Below, one piece after another: positions 62,109 through 64,000 of a DNA stretch of 64,000 nt; position 1 is the first letter of the stretch, and each line of letters opens with the position of its first letter. The DNA comes from an uncultured Collinsella sp. (lineage in GTDB: Bacteria; Spirochaetota; Spirochaetia; Treponematales; Treponemataceae), in contig CAVEBK010000003.1 in the NCBI GenBank assembly GCA_963613915.1, positions 1,702-65,701 on the forward strand. The letters are read 5' to 3'. Both the position numbers and the translations under genes were made by a program. Under the pieces are notes generated by a model. The model did no database searches, was not told the DNA's origin, and was given only the letters and a program-made list of their open reading frames with translations.

Positions 62109-63728
62109 TCATTTTACGGAGCGTTCAAGGCCGGCAGTTAAAAAAAGTTCATCCTGATACCAGTCAAGAATAAGCGAATAAAAAGCGTCTTCGTATCCAT
62201 TGCTTCTTGCAAGAATTTTGTAAACAGTTCCAGTTTTTAATTCTCCGGCAGGAATTTCGTCCAGCAGAACCCACTTTCCACGATAGGAAAGATAGAATTT
62301 TGTAGATTTTGTAAGGTCTTTTCCGCTTTCGCGGTCGTAGCTCTGTGCATGAACTTTTATAGGGCGGGCTACCTTTTCAAGATTTTTAATATTTAAATTT
62401 ATTTTTTCGTTCTTTACTTCCAGAGTCTGCCACATTATATAAGGACCGACTGCGATTTTTATGCGGTACTTTCCGGGACGAAGATAAACAGGATAAGTTT
62501 CGTAAATTTCTGATTTTTTCTGGGTAAAAACGCGGCGGCTGTTATTTACTTCCGGAATGTCTTTTCCGTCATCAACAAAGAAAAATGCCCTTACCGGTAA
62601 ATCGCTTGCTGCAGAAGAAGTAGAAGGAAGAGTCATATTTAAGACAACGCTTTTATACCAGTGGCTCAAAACAGTTTTATGAACAAATCCTTTGTTCCAC
62701 ACCCAGCCGCATAAAGAACAAAAGAGGACACCAAGAATAATTCCGACAGTTATTTTTTTGCCGCGTTCACTTTTGCGCTCAAATGCAGGAATTGCGAACT
62801 GTCTTTTTGTAAGGACAGTCTGTGCAAGAGCAATGCGGATTTTGTGAGTATCGTAATGAGAAAGATATTTTTTTAAGATTTTTATAACGCTTTCAATTGA
62901 CTGAAACCGTCTGTCAGGATTTGCCTTAAGCATTTTCTTTATCATCCGGCAGATTACCTTTGGAATTGACCTGTCAATTTTGCGCGGATTTACATAGCGG
63001 CCCTTTTTTATTTTTTCGAGGGTTTCTTCGTTTAATGCAGAAGGAAAAGGTTTTGTTCCAGTGAGCATTTCGTAAAGCATAACGCCCATTGAATAAATGT
63101 CTGCCCTCTTGTCTACGCTTCGGCTGTCTGTAATCTGCTCAGGCGACATGTAAGCTGGAGTTCCGAGGGTAACACCGTGCTGGGTAAGTCCGTCGCTTAC
63201 CTTTGTTGAATCTGTATTTGTCTGTGTAGTTGAATCAGAAAGTTCTTCTTCGCTTTCTGAAGAAGCAATTCCAAAGTCTGCAAGTTTTACTTCGGCGCGT
63301 CTGGAAATTAAAATGTTCCCTGGTTTTATGTCTCTGTGGACAATTCCACGAGCATGAGCAAATTTTAATGCCATGCAGGCATCTAAAAAAATCAAAAGTG
63401 CAAGTTCAGTTTCAAGGGCAATCTGCTTGTCTAAAATCTGGGCAAGCGAAAGTCCTTCTACAAATTCTTCAACAATATAATGGCTCTGCCCTTCAATAAA
63501 ATAGTCAAACAGATGAACGATAAAAGGGCTCTGCATATCAAGGAGAATCTGAGCTTCCCGCTTAAAACGCTCTTTTACAATCTTATTGTTGCGGATTGTA
63601 AGTTTTTTAATGATTACCATGCGTTTCAGCGAAGGATGAACTGCCTTGTAAACAGCTCCCATTCCACCTTTTGCGACGAGGCCCATGATTTTGTATTTAC
63701 CAATCATTTCAGGAATTTTTTCTGCCAT
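62109..63728 (-). CDS. Ser/Thr protein kinase with one TM segment and an extracytoplasmic C-terminal domain
   Basis: GGMGAVYKA, HRDIKPGNIL, DFG, SPEQ. TM segment ITVGIILGVLFCSLCGWVW. Confidence 0.9.
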   Translation of the reverse strand: MAEKIPEMIGKYKIMGLVAKGGMGAVYKAVHPSLKRMVIIKKLTIRNNKIVKERFKREAQILLDMQSPFIVHLFDYFIEGQSHYIVEEFVEGLSLAQILDKQIALETELALLIFLDACMALKFAHARGIVHRDIKPGNILISRRAEVKLADFGIASSESEEELSDSTTQTNTDSTKVSDGLTQHGVTLGTPAYMSPEQITDSRSVDKRADIYSMGVMLYEMLTGTKPFPSALNEETLEKIKKGRYVNPRKIDRSIPKVICRMIKKMLKANPDRRFQSIESVIKILKKYLSHYDTHKIRIALAQTVLTKRQFAIPAFERKSERGKKITVGIILGVLFCSLCGWVWNKGFVHKTVLSHWYKSVVLNMTLPSTSSAASDLPVRAFFFVDDGKDIPEVNNSRRVFTQKKSEIYETYPVYLRPGKYRIKIAVGPYIMWQTLEVKNEKINLNIKNLEKVARPIKVHAQSYDRESGKDLTKSTKFYLSYRGKWVLLDEIPAGELKTGTVYKILARSNGYEDAFYSLILDWYQDELFLTAGLERSVK

Positions 63729-63737
63729 ACTGCTTCC

Positions 63738-64000
63738 TTATTCACACGCAACACAAATTATGTCGGTTTCCGGGTTGAATTTTCTTTTCGGGCTGACGAG
63801 TGCTATGTTTTCTTTTTCAGGATTGTGGATCTGAATATACTTTCCTCTCTGCCTTAATTCAACAGTTTCCCGCACCGGTCTGTGGCCGCCAATCCATACT
63901 ACATTTTTTAAATTCTTTCCGACAAGATTTTTTATTGTTTTAGAAACGCTTCCTTTCTGAGCTTCGTCATTTGCTGTCCAGGTTAAAGCGTAGACCGCTT
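63738..64000 (-). CDS. 3' end of an unidentified gene (5' end outside window)
   Basis: 87 stop-free codons on the minus strand ending in TAA at 63738-63740 (..VWIGGHRPVRETVELRQRGKYIQIHNPEKENIALVSPKRKFNPETDIICVACE*). It is absent from the ORF track because no start codon lies in the window. Confidence 0.45.
   Translation of the reverse strand, partial: AVYALTWTANDEAQKGSVSKTIKNLVGKNLKNVVWIGGHRPVRETVELRQRGKYIQIHNPEKENIALVSPKRKFNPETDIICVACE

Overview
This is a mostly housekeeping chromosomal segment from a low-GC spirochaete. Gene content and order look Treponema-like: a flgB-flgC-fliE-fliF-fliG-fliH-fliI-fliJ cluster, and rpsP-KH-rimM-trmD-rplS followed by FlhB-like and YraN genes. I call about 58 protein genes: ribosome/translation (fusA, rsgA, miaA, rRNA methyltransferase), Fe-S assembly (sufU, sufCBD), amino-acid metabolism (argR, argH, ilvB, thrA, an amino-acid ABC transporter), sugar metabolism (pgi, malQ, manA), lon, mutS2 and a Ser/Thr kinase. 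There are 4 tRNAs: Leu-UAA, Leu-GAG, Gln-CUG and Glu-CUC. I saw no CRISPR array, transposase, integrase, prophage, toxin-antitoxin or recognisable defence operon, and I did not find a convincing novel multi-gene system. The unusual content lies between the genes. (1) At least 12 copies of a GC-rich, modular, hairpin-forming intergenic element, in which stems covary between copies while the conserved boxes stay fixed. (2) Five copies of a roughly 145-bp MITE-like element with inverted termini and a swappable apical loop. (3) A G11 homopolymer that fills the 17-bp spacer of a sigma70-type promoter in front of a secreted/lipoprotein gene, a candidate phase-variation switch. (4) A perfect 113-bp direct duplication that starts inside the T-arm of tRNA-Glu. 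(5) A 9-bp tandem array in the divergent ilvB/yhhQ-like control region. (6) Several promoter-like sites placed so close to the start codons that the mRNAs would be leaderless. All coordinates and motifs were read by eye. No folding energies, searches or statistics were computed.
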